From positions 1,090 to 65,089 of the forward strand of contig JAHEIO010000005.1 of NCBI GenBank assembly GCA_024639325.1: a DNA stretch of 64,000 bases, read 5' to 3'. The notes below the pieces were generated by a model. That model saw only the letters and a program-made list of their open reading frames with translations. It was not told the DNA's origin and made no database searches. The translations under genes were made by a program, and so were the position numbers. This stretch comes from Gammaproteobacteria bacterium. Lineage in GTDB: Bacteria; Pseudomonadota; Gammaproteobacteria; Arenicellales; JAANXG01. Position 1 is the stretch's first letter. The number at the start of each line of letters is the position of its first letter. Below are positions 11,144 through 20,549 of the stretch, in pieces.

Positions 11144-11467
11144 TTGGCGGTAACTAAGGCAGACCTCGCGACCACACTGTTTAATGAGTTAGGGCTGAAC
11201 AAGCGCGAGGCAAAAGAGTTCGTTGAAGCGTTCTTCGAGAAAATCCGGATTGCTCTTGAAACGGGGGAATCAGTCAAGTTGTCCGGTTTCGGCAACTTTG
11301 GGGTGCGGGAAAAAAACCCGCGACCGGGAAGGAATCCTAAAACCGGTGAGGAAATCCCAATAACGGCGAGGCGGGTTGTAACATTCAAAGCGAGCCAGAA
11401 ATTGAAAGACCGGGTCGCTGCGAACGCGGACATGCTCAGGAAGAACACGTTAAAACATGAAGAATAA
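11144..11467 (+). CDS. ihfA: Integration host factor alpha
   Basis: [23 protein letters not shown]; follows pheT. Confidence 0.97.
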   Translation: MAVTKADLATTLFNELGLNKREAKEFVEAFFEKIRIALETGESVKLSGFGNFGVREKNPRPGRNPKTGEEIPITARRVVTFKASQKLKDRVAANADMLRKNTLKHEE

Positions 11468-11493
11468 AGACAGGCATAAAGAGATACTAATAC

Positions 11494-11862
11494 GTGCTAG
11501 ATCCCGGTGAAAATATTGACCTGCCACCGATACCCAGCAAACGCTATTTCACTATCGGAGAAGTAAGCGAACTCTGCGCTGTCAAACCGCACGTGTTGAG
11601 GTACTGGGAGCAGGAGTTTCCCCAACTCAAACCGGTCAAGCGGCGTGGTAACAGGCGATACTATCAGCGTCACGAGGTGCAGCTGATCCGGCAGATACGA
11701 ACGCTTCTTTACGTTGACGGTTTCACCATCAGCGGCGCACGAAACAAGCTGGACCACGACAGCGAGGTCGATGGCAAGCCGCTGGTGTCTGATTATCGTA
11801 CCGAGATCGTTTCTGACCTGATCCGGGAGATCGATGAGATCGTGTCCATCCTCAAAGACTGA
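11494..11862 (+). CDS. MerR family transcriptional regulator (ihfA-linked)
   Basis: KRYFTIGEVSELC..KPHVLRYWEQEF..RRYY. Confidence 0.93.
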   Translation: MLDPGENIDLPPIPSKRYFTIGEVSELCAVKPHVLRYWEQEFPQLKPVKRRGNRRYYQRHEVQLIRQIRTLLYVDGFTISGARNKLDHDSEVDGKPLVSDYRTEIVSDLIREIDEIVSILKD

Positions 11863-11942
11863 ATATTACTTTGTTCCAAAGCACATTTGGTACTTCTGTA
11901 AATTCAATGCCGAAAACATAAACCGATAATGATCGCCAACTG

Positions 11943-12134
11943 ATGCGCGGAATTTCTCTTCTGGTTTTGGTGTTGGGCGTCGTTTTCGTGGGTTACCTCA
12001 ACGTCCGAAGTGTCGAAGAGCACGTGCCGGTTGACCCACAACGTAAAGGCACCGCGGAGCAGGTCGAGCAGCAAGTCCAGGGCACTTTGCAGCAATACCA
12101 GGAGAAACTCGATAAACAGGCGGAGAGCCAGTAA
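11943..12134 (+). CDS. Small hypothetical membrane-anchored protein
   Basis: N-terminal hydrophobic helix then Gln/Glu-rich helical tail, 63 aa. Confidence 0.6.
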   Translation: MRGISLLVLVLGVVFVGYLNVRSVEEHVPVDPQRKGTAEQVEQQVQGTLQQYQEKLDKQAESQ

Positions 12135-12280
12135 AACGCGAGCCTGCGCTTTAACCTGCACATTCCAGTCTATTTTGCCCGCTTCGCTGTACGCTGAGAC
12201 CGGTGTTTTGATATGATCTGCGCCACCATGGACTCGATGGAAGAAGCGGTTCTCTTCCGGTTGGCGCGGATACTGTATAT

Positions 12281-12357
<77 letters not shown>

Positions 12358-12625
12358 GAAAAAACAACTGCGAGCGAACGCAAAGCCTCCTTTGGCCGAG
12401 CGCACCCTGAATTTGTCTCTTATGCGGGTCGGCGCACCACCACTCGTATAACATCCCATTTGCCCGCAAAGGGGCGCCTCGTCTCCAAACCTGCGGTTGC
12501 TGCGTAAAATTAGCCGGCCCGGGCGGCCCGCCCGTCGACTAATTTTTTGCCCTTAGCGGTGGGCTGGGAGCCTATCCGAACATTTCGAAATGCTCAGAAA
12601 TAGTGGCGCCCCGCCTAAACCTGGT

Positions 12626-12716
12626 AGGTCCCGGCAGTCATGACCCAGGGGTCGTGGGAGTGTAGACGGCCCGTCCGTCAACGACCGGGACGTGTTTCAG
12701 GTGGTTGACGGGACCT
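12626..12716. repeat. Degenerate inverted-repeat (MITE-like) element
   Basis: AGGTCCCGGCAGTC...GGTTGACGGGACCT (11/14 complementary); inner TCCGTCAACGACC can also pair with the right arm. Confidence 0.35.
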
Positions 12717-12768
12717 CGTAAAAAGCGTAGCTTTTAGTTGAATAAATTGCTTTAACACTCGGTTTTTA

Positions 12769-12784
12769 CTGTATTTGTTGACAG
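12769..12784. promoter_or_regulatory. Putative LexA (SOS) box
   Basis: taCTGTATTTGTTGACAGca = CTGT-N8-ACAG, overlapping a TTGACA hexamer, 45 nt upstream of ATG 12830. Confidence 0.55.
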
Positions 12785-12829
12785 CAAACCGAAGCCGGTC
12801 GAGATTTTCGCACAAGCAGGATCTGAGAC

Positions 12830-15679
12830 ATGTACCAGACCTTCTATCACCTGAGTGCCGATCCGTTTAGGCTCACGCCGGACCCCCGTTTCTGTTTTCA
12901 TCATCATGCTTACGCCAGAGCGTGGGCGTACTTGCACTATGCGCTGCAGGTCGGCGAAGGCTTTACCATCGTGACGGGGCAGCCGGGAACCGGCAAGACG
13001 ACTTTGATCGAAGCTCTGATCGAAGAGCTCAACCACTTCGAGGACATCAAGTACAGCAAATCCGTGACTTTCATGAGTCACAAGCTGATCGGTACCAAGC
13101 TCGACGCCATGGACCTGCTTCGTTCCGTGGCTTATTCATTCGGCGTCGACTCGGAAACCTCCGACAGATTCACACTCATCCACCGGCTCGAGCAATATCT
13201 GATCGGTCAGTGCCGAAATAACCGCCGAGTGTTACTCCTCATCGATGAAGCGCATGGGATTTCCGACACGGCGCTTGAGGAATTGCGGCTGCTGGCGGAC
13301 CTGCAATCACAGAGAAGGCCGCTGCTCCAGATGTTCCTGATCGGCCAGGAAGGTCTGCTACGTATTCTGGACACGCCGGTTCTGGAACAATTTCAGCAGC
13401 GGGTTCTATCCGCGTGCCATCTCGCGAATCTCAGTCCCGAGGAAACCAGAGATTTCATCGAACATCGTCTGCGGTGCGCGAACTGGAAGGGCGATCCAGT
13501 AATAAGCGGCGAGGCGATTTCGTCCATACATTTGCACAGCCGAGGATTACCTAGGCACATCAACAAGATCTGCAGCCGCTTGATGTTACGCGGCGACTCG
13601 GAGGAGAAGCACGTTCTCGGCCAGGAGGACGTCATGGCTATCGTTGAAGAGCTGGACGATGAGCAGCTCTCGCCCTTGTGTCAAGAGCAGTTTGAAAACG
13701 AAGGCCTCGCCCTAACCGGGACCTCCGCTGCCGGTTGTGTTTCCGACAGGTTTGACGATCTGGCAGTCAAGGCGTCAGCAGAAGAGAAAACCCGCGAACT
13801 GCGAACGTCTGCGGAACCTTGCGCCGGTCGTTCCCGCCACCCGCAGCAACGTGACATGGTGTATGCCCCGGTCTATTCGGATTTCGATGTTCAAGCCAAG
13901 TCCCAGTTCATGCACGAGTATGTCGAGAGCCCACGGCCTCGGCAGAGACCAAGTCGAACCAGAAGACGTATCAAGGACAGGTTGCGGGTCTTGCGCTTGT
14001 TGCGGGTGGCATGGTTTTTCGCTGTCAAAAGAGGGGGGCAGCTATGGCAGCGGATAGATCTCGCAGCGTACGCCTCCCGCTTCGGGAAGGGGTTTCGTGA
14101 AAGCGTGTCGCGCGGTGCGAATTTCCTGCGCGATAAACAATGGTCGCAGAAAATGTTCGCGTACGGTGGCGCATTCGTGTCGCGTGGTCGCGGTCTGGTG
14201 CGGACGCAGTTCCTGCAGCTCGAGACCAGGCGTACCGCGCCCACGGTGGCGGCAGCGCTGATCCTTTGCATTGTGGCGCTCTGGTTCGTTGGGACGAAAA
14301 CCTGGCGAGATGCCGCAGATCCTGCCGACACGCTCGTGGGGCAGGAGGAATCGTTGATGGAAGAACTCGAACGACACCCCACTGCGGATGAATCGAATGA
14401 ACAGAATGGAGGGGAACTGGCTATCTCAGACCGGCGGAGCAGTTCTGCAACGGAACAACAGCCGGTGGACCAATTGGTAGCGTCGTATCTACAAACAGCA
14501 GACTACTCTGGTGGAGACCCGTTTGCGGCTGCGGTCGCCGCAGCGATGGCTGCGGACGCGGGGGCTGTTATCAGCGCCAAGGTATCGTACGATCTCGATC
14601 CGGACGGCGCCCACGAAACGAGCATCGAAATCGGTATCCCCGATGTCACCGTCGAGTTGCGGGATCTAAGCGGCGAAGCTGTCGCCTCCAGCGTGACGGA
14701 CAGTGAGGGTATCTATCGCTTCGAAGACGTAGCGGAAGGCGACTATGTGAGGGTGGTTACGGATTTCGGCCGTGTCCTTTTCGGGAAAAGCATGATTAAA
14801 GGTCTCATGGAGCAGCCGATCACGGTCTATGAGGCGCCCGATGGGGCTCCCGTGGTGGTATGGAAAGATTTGGCAGCTGACGCGCCGCAGTCGAACCACG
14901 ATAACGTCGCTGTAACCGCGAGCCAGGGCGATCGAAACAGAAGTGACGAGGCGGAATCTTCGGGCGCGCGTCGATTCGTGCCCAGCGTGGAGATCAGTTT
15001 GGATACGGCACTGCCGTGGCAGCAGGGATTTGATGCGCTGACGAGCGTCGACTCCGACAACCGCGCAATGCAATATGTATTGCTGCAACCGAGTGACGAA
15101 GTCGCTGCTTTCGTAGCGACACCGCGGGGCGATGATGCGGGCTCGACGATGTCGGCCATTGATAAGGAATCTGCCCCCGTTACCTTGGCGGAGCCAAACC
15201 AGGTATCCAAGGACACCGGCGGTTCAGCGGAGCCGGTACAGGAGGTAGTTCCAAAACTCTTGTCGGCGGCAGAGTTGGCTCTTGAACAGGATCGCCTGTC
15301 GATCCCAGGCGACGACAGTGCTTTTTACTATTACAAGAAGATCCTCGAGGTCGACCCCGCCAGCGCAGAGGCGTCGGCGGGGATGGACAGAATCGTGGAG
15401 CGCTACATCGAGTTGGCCGAGAACGCATTCGAACTCGAGTCGGATGAAGAGGCGCGCCGCTACATTGCGCGCGGCCTCAGAGTACAACCGGGTCATCAGG
15501 GCCTGTTGGCGTTACAGGAGCGAGGCGCGGTGGTAGTGCTGGCCGAAGTCACGAGTGAAGTGCCCGAGGTCGCACCCGAGCCGCAGCCGCAAGGATTCAT
15601 GCAGAAGCTGAAGACGCATCTGGGCGGAAATGGTAATGAACCCGCGATGCCGGCTACAGGTGATGTGGACGGGCGCTAG
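12830..15679 (+). CDS. ExeA/GspA-type AAA ATPase fused to TM helix, SdrD-B-like domain and TPR-like C-terminus
   Basis: MYQTFYHL..DPFRLTPDP start, Walker A GQPGTGKTT, Walker B LLLIDEAH, TM AAALILCIVALWFV, GIPDVTVELRD...TDSEGIYRF, AFYYYKKILEVDP. Confidence 0.85.
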   Translation: MYQTFYHLSADPFRLTPDPRFCFHHHAYARAWAYLHYALQVGEGFTIVTGQPGTGKTTLIEALIEELNHFEDIKYSKSVTFMSHKLIGTKLDAMDLLRSVAYSFGVDSETSDRFTLIHRLEQYLIGQCRNNRRVLLLIDEAHGISDTALEELRLLADLQSQRRPLLQMFLIGQEGLLRILDTPVLEQFQQRVLSACHLANLSPEETRDFIEHRLRCANWKGDPVISGEAISSIHLHSRGLPRHINKICSRLMLRGDSEEKHVLGQEDVMAIVEELDDEQLSPLCQEQFENEGLALTGTSAAGCVSDRFDDLAVKASAEEKTRELRTSAEPCAGRSRHPQQRDMVYAPVYSDFDVQAKSQFMHEYVESPRPRQRPSRTRRRIKDRLRVLRLLRVAWFFAVKRGGQLWQRIDLAAYASRFGKGFRESVSRGANFLRDKQWSQKMFAYGGAFVSRGRGLVRTQFLQLETRRTAPTVAAALILCIVALWFVGTKTWRDAADPADTLVGQEESLMEELERHPTADESNEQNGGELAISDRRSSSATEQQPVDQLVASYLQTADYSGGDPFAAAVAAAMAADAGAVISAKVSYDLDPDGAHETSIEIGIPDVTVELRDLSGEAVASSVTDSEGIYRFEDVAEGDYVRVVTDFGRVLFGKSMIKGLMEQPITVYEAPDGAPVVVWKDLAADAPQSNHDNVAVTASQGDRNRSDEAESSGARRFVPSVEISLDTALPWQQGFDALTSVDSDNRAMQYVLLQPSDEVAAFVATPRGDDAGSTMSAIDKESAPVTLAEPNQVSKDTGGSAEPVQEVVPKLLSAAELALEQDRLSIPGDDSAFYYYKKILEVDPASAEASAGMDRIVERYIELAENAFELESDEEARRYIARGLRVQPGHQGLLALQERGAVVVLAEVTSEVPEVAPEPQPQGFMQKLKTHLGGNGNEPAMPATGDVDGR

Positions 15680-15697
15680 CCTGATGAGAAATGCTGG
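15680..15697 (+). repeat. Solo copy of the 18-bp terminal repeat, flanked by CTAG on both sides
   Basis: CTAG-CCTGATGAGAAATGCTGG-CTAG; 15/18 match to the MITE arm at 44692-44709. Confidence 0.65.
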
Positions 15698-16080
15698 CTA
15701 GCGCAATTCGCCTGCGCGCTTAAGGGGAATGTTGAAAATCCGCGCCTGCCGCGGTGAGTAACAGAACACGCAGCGTCATCCTCCTCCAATATGGCGTACT
15801 TTTGAGATATTGGTCTAAATTCCTTGACTCTAAAGTCGCTGAATTTCATAGTTCGCCCCCGTTCGGTGCAGGCTAGGATTCTGTTCGGCAAAATCACCTG
15901 AAGTTGCGCCAGGAGCACAAGCCATGCCAGTCGGAGTCGATTTTAGCTGGTTTTCGGCGCTCCGAATCGGATGCTACGCTTTGCCATGATATAAAGGAAT
16001 TACATGTTAAATAATAAGACGATCGTCTCCGGCCAGGGGGTGAACGTGGCCATGCGCAGCGAGAGCATTCTCGGATAAGC

Positions 16081-16833
16081 ATGCGGTTCCTGTTAAGCAA
16101 CGATGACGGTTATTTGTCGCCGGGTCTGAGCGCGCTGGCGGAGGCCTTGAAAAAGATGGGCGAAGTCACCGTGGTGGCACCTGATAGGGACCGCAGCGGA
16201 GCCAGTAATTCATTGACGCTCAGTCGACCGTTACGTATCAGGTGCGCCGACAACGGCTATTACTATGTTGACGGCACGCCAACGGATTGCGTTCATCTGG
16301 GCATAACCGGAGTAATGGACAATGAGCCGGATATGGTCATCGCCGGAATAAACAGGGGGCCGAATCTCGGTGATGATATTTTGTATTCCGGCACGGTTGC
16401 CGCCGCTATGGAGGGCCGGTTTCTCGGCTACCCTGCGGTCGCGGTATCGTGTGCAGGTTCCAGGATGAACCACCTGGACACGGCGTCGAATGTGGTGCGG
16501 CGTATTATCGGAGGGATGCTGTCGAATCCGCTGCCCGCTGACACCATTCTAAACGTCAACGTCCCCGATGTTGCTTACGACCAACTCACCGGGTACGGCG
16601 CCACGCGACTTGGATATCGCCACAAATCAGAGCCTGCGGTCAAAAGCCGTGACCCGGTTGGGGAACCCATCTATTGGGTGGGACCGCCGGGCCCGGAGCA
16701 GGATGCCGGGCAGGGAACGGATTTTCATGCGGTGCGAAATCGGACGGTGTCCGTTACCCCCCTGACAGTCGACCTAACGCGCAGAGAAAGTCTGACGGGG
16801 ATCGGAAACTGGCTGCGGGAGTTGACGCGGTGA
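16081..16833 (+). CDS. surE: 5'/3'-nucleotidase SurE
   Basis: LLSNDDG, VAPDRDRSGAS, GTPTDCV, YSGTVAAAMEG. Confidence 0.97.
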   Translation: MRFLLSNDDGYLSPGLSALAEALKKMGEVTVVAPDRDRSGASNSLTLSRPLRIRCADNGYYYVDGTPTDCVHLGITGVMDNEPDMVIAGINRGPNLGDDILYSGTVAAAMEGRFLGYPAVAVSCAGSRMNHLDTASNVVRRIIGGMLSNPLPADTILNVNVPDVAYDQLTGYGATRLGYRHKSEPAVKSRDPVGEPIYWVGPPGPEQDAGQGTDFHAVRNRTVSVTPLTVDLTRRESLTGIGNWLRELTR

Positions 16834-17501
16834 AGCGGTTGTCGCGGCGTATAGGCAAGGGCATGGGCATGACCTCGGAACGCACTCGCAAACGACTGAT
16901 GGAGCGGTTGAGAGGCGGTGGAATCCACGACGAATCAGTGCTGCTGGCCATGGAATCCGTGCCACGCCATCTTTTTGTCGACGAGGCACTGGCGAGCCGA
17001 GCATATGAAGACATCGCTTTGCCGATAGGGTACGGTCAAACTATCTCACAGCCCTATGTGGTCGCATTGATGACGCAGGCGATGCTGGAAGAAGGGGTGC
17101 CCGAACGGGTGCTCGAGATCGGGACCGGGTGTGGCTACCAAACCGCGATTCTGGCCTGCCTGGTCGAGCAGGTGTATTCGGTGGAGCGCATACTGGAACT
17201 ACACCGCCTTTCACGCAGGCGCACGTTCGATTTCGGGTTGCGAAACGTCAGATTCCGCTATGGCGACGGCTTCGAGGGCTGGTTGGAAAATGCCCCGTAT
17301 GACGCAATACTGGCAGCGGCCGCACCCAGGCAGATTCCACAGAAGCTCCTGGATCAATTGGCAATCGGTGGCCGTATCATCCTGCCGGTCGGGGAGAGCG
17401 GCGAGCAGAAGCTGTTCAAAATCATAAGGACACCGGAAGGGTTCAAGAAAAAAGAAATGGATTCGGTCCACTTCGTACCCCTGGTGGCGGGAACCACCTG
17501 A
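16830..17501 (+). CDS. pcm: Protein-L-isoaspartate O-methyltransferase
   Basis: GMTSERTR, GQTISQPY, VLEIGTGCGYQ; GTG start overlapping surE stop. Confidence 0.95.
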   Translation: MKRLSRRIGKGMGMTSERTRKRLMERLRGGGIHDESVLLAMESVPRHLFVDEALASRAYEDIALPIGYGQTISQPYVVALMTQAMLEEGVPERVLEIGTGCGYQTAILACLVEQVYSVERILELHRLSRRRTFDFGLRNVRFRYGDGFEGWLENAPYDAILAAAAPRQIPQKLLDQLAIGGRIILPVGESGEQKLFKIIRTPEGFKKKEMDSVHFVPLVAGTT

Positions 17502-17521
17502 CAACAGCAGGTTATCTGGAT

Positions 17522-18109
17522 GTGAAGCTTTTTTCTCCACTGTACGAGAAAGTTCTGAGTTGGGCGGCACATCGCCATGCGCCCTGGTATCTGGGAATGC
17601 TCAGTTTTGCCGAATCGTCGTTTTTCCCGATCCCACCGGACGTCATGCTGGCGCCGATGTCACTCAGCAAGCCAGGCAAGGCATGGTATTTTGCTTCGCT
17701 CACCACGATTACGTCGGTACTCGGGGGAGTATTGGGTTACTTCATCGGGTATTTTCTATTCGACGAACTGGGGCAGCCTTTGATCGAGTTGTACAACGCC
17801 CAGGAAAAATTCGACACCGCAAAAGGCTGGTTTGACGAGTACGGGGTATGGGTGGTGTTTATTGCCGGTTTCTCCCCGATCCCTTACAAGCTCTTTACGG
17901 TGACATCGGGTGTATTATCACTGGCGCTGCTGCCGTTCCTCCTGGCGTCCGCCATCGGACGCGGCGCCAGGTTTTTTCTGGTAGCCGGTTTGATCTACTG
18001 GGGTGGAGAGAGATTTGCGGAATTTTTGAAGCGAAGGATCGACGTGATCGGGTGGCTGACCGTTGCCCTGATCGTGGCGGTGCTGGTGGTCTGGAGCGTC
18101 CTCAAGTGA
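17522..18109 (+). CDS. yqaA: YqaA/DedA (VTT) family membrane protein
   Basis: SFAESSFFPIPPDVML, FSPIPYK. Confidence 0.9.
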   Translation: MKLFSPLYEKVLSWAAHRHAPWYLGMLSFAESSFFPIPPDVMLAPMSLSKPGKAWYFASLTTITSVLGGVLGYFIGYFLFDELGQPLIELYNAQEKFDTAKGWFDEYGVWVVFIAGFSPIPYKLFTVTSGVLSLALLPFLLASAIGRGARFFLVAGLIYWGGERFAEFLKRRIDVIGWLTVALIVAVLVVWSVLK

Positions 18110-18882
18110 TCACACGATTCGTCTGCGCGTTGGCACTCGGCGCACTTGCGGTCGGCTGCGCCGGCAATCCCCGAGTGCCCGTCACCGACCGATCGTCGGT
18201 TAGCAAGACGGATTTGCCGAACACCAGCTACCGGCGCAATGCGGAAAACAAAAAATCTCACGTCGTGCAATCTGGCGATACGCTATTCAGTATTGCCTGG
18301 GATGCCGGGGCGGACTACCAGGCACTGGCACGATGGAATGACATCGATCCGCCCTATATCATCAGGCCGGGCCAAAGACTGACGTTGATCCCGTCACGGC
18401 GGAATTCGAGCAAAAACGTCTCCCCCGCAAAGCCCAAACCCTCCAACAAATTGAAAACAAATGTTACAGAAGAGGTTTCCGCGGTCGCAGACAAGCCGTT
18501 TACCGGAGGCGCGAACAGTTGGGTATGGCCCGTCAAAGGCCCGATTTTAAAAGGATATTCGGCGAGTGGGAGCAATAAAGGTGTCGATATTGGCGGATCC
18601 AGCGGCCATGGAGTGCGTGCCGCGGCCGCAGGCAAAGTGGTATACGCGGGGAGTGGACTTCGAGGCTATGGTAGGCTTATTATAGTAAAACATGATGATG
18701 TTTTTCTAAGTGCCTATGCGCACAACAGTAAGTTGTTGGTGGAGGACGGGCAAAGCGTAAGCACAGGGCAACAAATTGCCCTGATGGGTGACACCGGAAC
18801 CGACCGCGTGAAGCTGCATTTTGAAATTCGCCGACGGGGGAAACCGGTTGATCCACTAAAGTACTTGCCTGCTCGGCCTTGA
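18106..18882 (+). CDS. nlpD: LysM/M23 lipoprotein NlpD
   Basis: Lipobox LAVGC, LysM (HVVQSGDTLFSIA), M23 (SAYAHN, LHFEIR); upstream of rpoS. Confidence 0.92.
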   Translation: MITRFVCALALGALAVGCAGNPRVPVTDRSSVSKTDLPNTSYRRNAENKKSHVVQSGDTLFSIAWDAGADYQALARWNDIDPPYIIRPGQRLTLIPSRRNSSKNVSPAKPKPSNKLKTNVTEEVSAVADKPFTGGANSWVWPVKGPILKGYSASGSNKGVDIGGSSGHGVRAAAAGKVVYAGSGLRGYGRLIIVKHDDVFLSAYAHNSKLLVEDGQSVSTGQQIALMGDTGTDRVKLHFEIRRRGKPVDPLKYLPARP

Positions 18883-18912
18883 TCGACACTAAAATTGCAG
18901 GGGGTGTCTGAA

Positions 18913-19809
18913 ATGCAAGAGCAAACAGTAAAGTCGCGCGGGAAGGGAATTTCGGACGGTCGGTCAAAAGCAGCACAGGCCGACGCAACGCAAATATATT
19001 TGCGTGAGATTGGTTTTTATCCACTTTTGACCGCTGAAGAGGAAGTCTACTACGGTAGGCTCTGCGTCAAGGGCGACGACAGCGCGCGGCGTCGAATGAT
19101 CGAGAGCAACCTGCGCCTGGTCGTAAAAATCGCGCGCAGGTATATCAATCGGGGATTGGCGTTTCTGGATCTGATCGAGGAAGGCAATCTGGGTCTGATC
19201 CGGGCGGTGGAAAAATTCGACCCGGAACGTGGTTTCAGATTTTCCACCTACGCGACCTGGTGGATACGACAGACCATCGAAAGGGCGATCATGAACCAAA
19301 CCCGGACCATTCGACTGCCCGTCCATATTCTCAAAGAAATCAACGTCTACCACCGCGCTGCGAAGGTGCTCTCGCAGCAGCTCGATCACGAACCGACGGC
19401 GGAAGAGATCGCGGATAAAGTCGATGCCCCGCTACACGATGTAAAGCGCATGCTGGGCCTGGATGAAAGGATCTCCTCGGTGGACGCGCCGATCGATTCT
19501 GATCCGGACAGGACGCTCCTTGAGGCAATACCGGACGGCAAAGCCGCGGATCCCGCCGATATTCTCCAGAACGAAAAAGTCAACCGACACATTGAGGAAT
19601 GGCTCGAGTGCCTGCCTGAAAAGCAGCGGGAAGTGGTTGAACGGCGTTTTGGGCTGGCCGGCAGGGACGTTTCGACGCTGGAACAGGTTGGCGTTGACGT
19701 CGGTGTGACCCGGGAACGAGTGCGGCAGATACAGGTAGAAGCGCTCGCAAAGCTCAGGAAACTACTGGAGCACAGGGGATATTCCCTGGACAGCCTGCTG
19801 ATAAACTGA
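18913..19809 (+). CDS. rpoS: RNA polymerase sigma factor RpoS
   Basis: [46 protein letters not shown]. Confidence 0.95.
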   Translation: MQEQTVKSRGKGISDGRSKAAQADATQIYLREIGFYPLLTAEEEVYYGRLCVKGDDSARRRMIESNLRLVVKIARRYINRGLAFLDLIEEGNLGLIRAVEKFDPERGFRFSTYATWWIRQTIERAIMNQTRTIRLPVHILKEINVYHRAAKVLSQQLDHEPTAEEIADKVDAPLHDVKRMLGLDERISSVDAPIDSDPDRTLLEAIPDGKAADPADILQNEKVNRHIEEWLECLPEKQREVVERRFGLAGRDVSTLEQVGVDVGVTRERVRQIQVEALAKLRKLLEHRGYSLDSLLIN

Positions 19810-19869
19810 CCTGCCGATAGGCGGATTGGCTTTCTAAAACACCGGTTAATAAAAGACCGGCGGGCACTC

Positions 19870-20268
19870 TCAGACGATTTGGGCAGATGACTCACTGGCC
19901 TCAATTATCAGGCACGCGACCACGTTTCTGCCCTCGTTTGCCAGAATATTGTAGGTTCTGCATGCCGCGGCAGTATCCATGACCTCGAGCCCCACCGAAC
20001 GTTGTATCAGCGGCAGGGTAATCGATCCGCTTGGAAATATGATGCGTCCGCCGGTACCCAGAAGAACCACCTCGGGGTTCATTCGCAGCATCAATTCGAA
20101 ATCTTCCTGCGAGAGGTCGGTGAGAGTCCGGGGGTGCCAGTCATCGATTAGCTCCCTCGGGCTGATGATGAGGCTGGATCGATAGGTGTCGTTTCCAATC
20201 GTTATCTGGTCCTCGAGATAGCCTCTGATCAGCAGGACCTCATCAGCTTTGTTCAGGTGCAGTTTCAA
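19870..20268 (-). CDS. Mth938-like domain protein
   Basis: PEVVLLGTG, EVMDTAAACRTYNILANEGRNV; start uncertain (20268 or 20286). Confidence 0.9.
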   Translation of the reverse strand: MKLHLNKADEVLLIRGYLEDQITIGNDTYRSSLIISPRELIDDWHPRTLTDLSQEDFELMLRMNPEVVLLGTGGRIIFPSGSITLPLIQRSVGLEVMDTAAACRTYNILANEGRNVVACLIIEASESSAQIV

Positions 20269-20549
20269 CGGCGTAGTTTCTCGCAATGTGTGACTTGTTT
20301 CGGGCCTGACCAGGGGCTAAGATTCTTTTAAATACAAATAGTTCCGAATATTTTTTCAGAAAAAACTCTACCCGGCTAGACGACTTTAATCAAATAAAAC
20401 TTAGAACCAAACACGCTATCCGATAACTTCTGATTGTAAATGCGCCCTCCAGTCACAACCCAACCCAGATCATGTTCCTGTCAGCGCAAACGTATCAGGT
20501 GTTGGGAAACAGGCATACCGTCACGCCTGCAAAGAAACGGCTCGGCGCG

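Noticed and set aside
12150-12162. TTAACCTGCACA repeated at about 46885
   Set aside because: A single 12-nt match with no further shared context; not distinguishable from chance.
12781-12829. c-di-GMP-I riboswitch suggested by GCAAACC
   Set aside because: No GNRA-capped P2 stem or GGGACGCAAAG-type junction follows.
15986-16013. dif-like site (ACATGTTAAAT resembles the XerD arm)
   Set aside because: XerD arm has mismatches and no credible XerC arm lies 6 nt upstream; more likely part of the AT-rich surE promoter.
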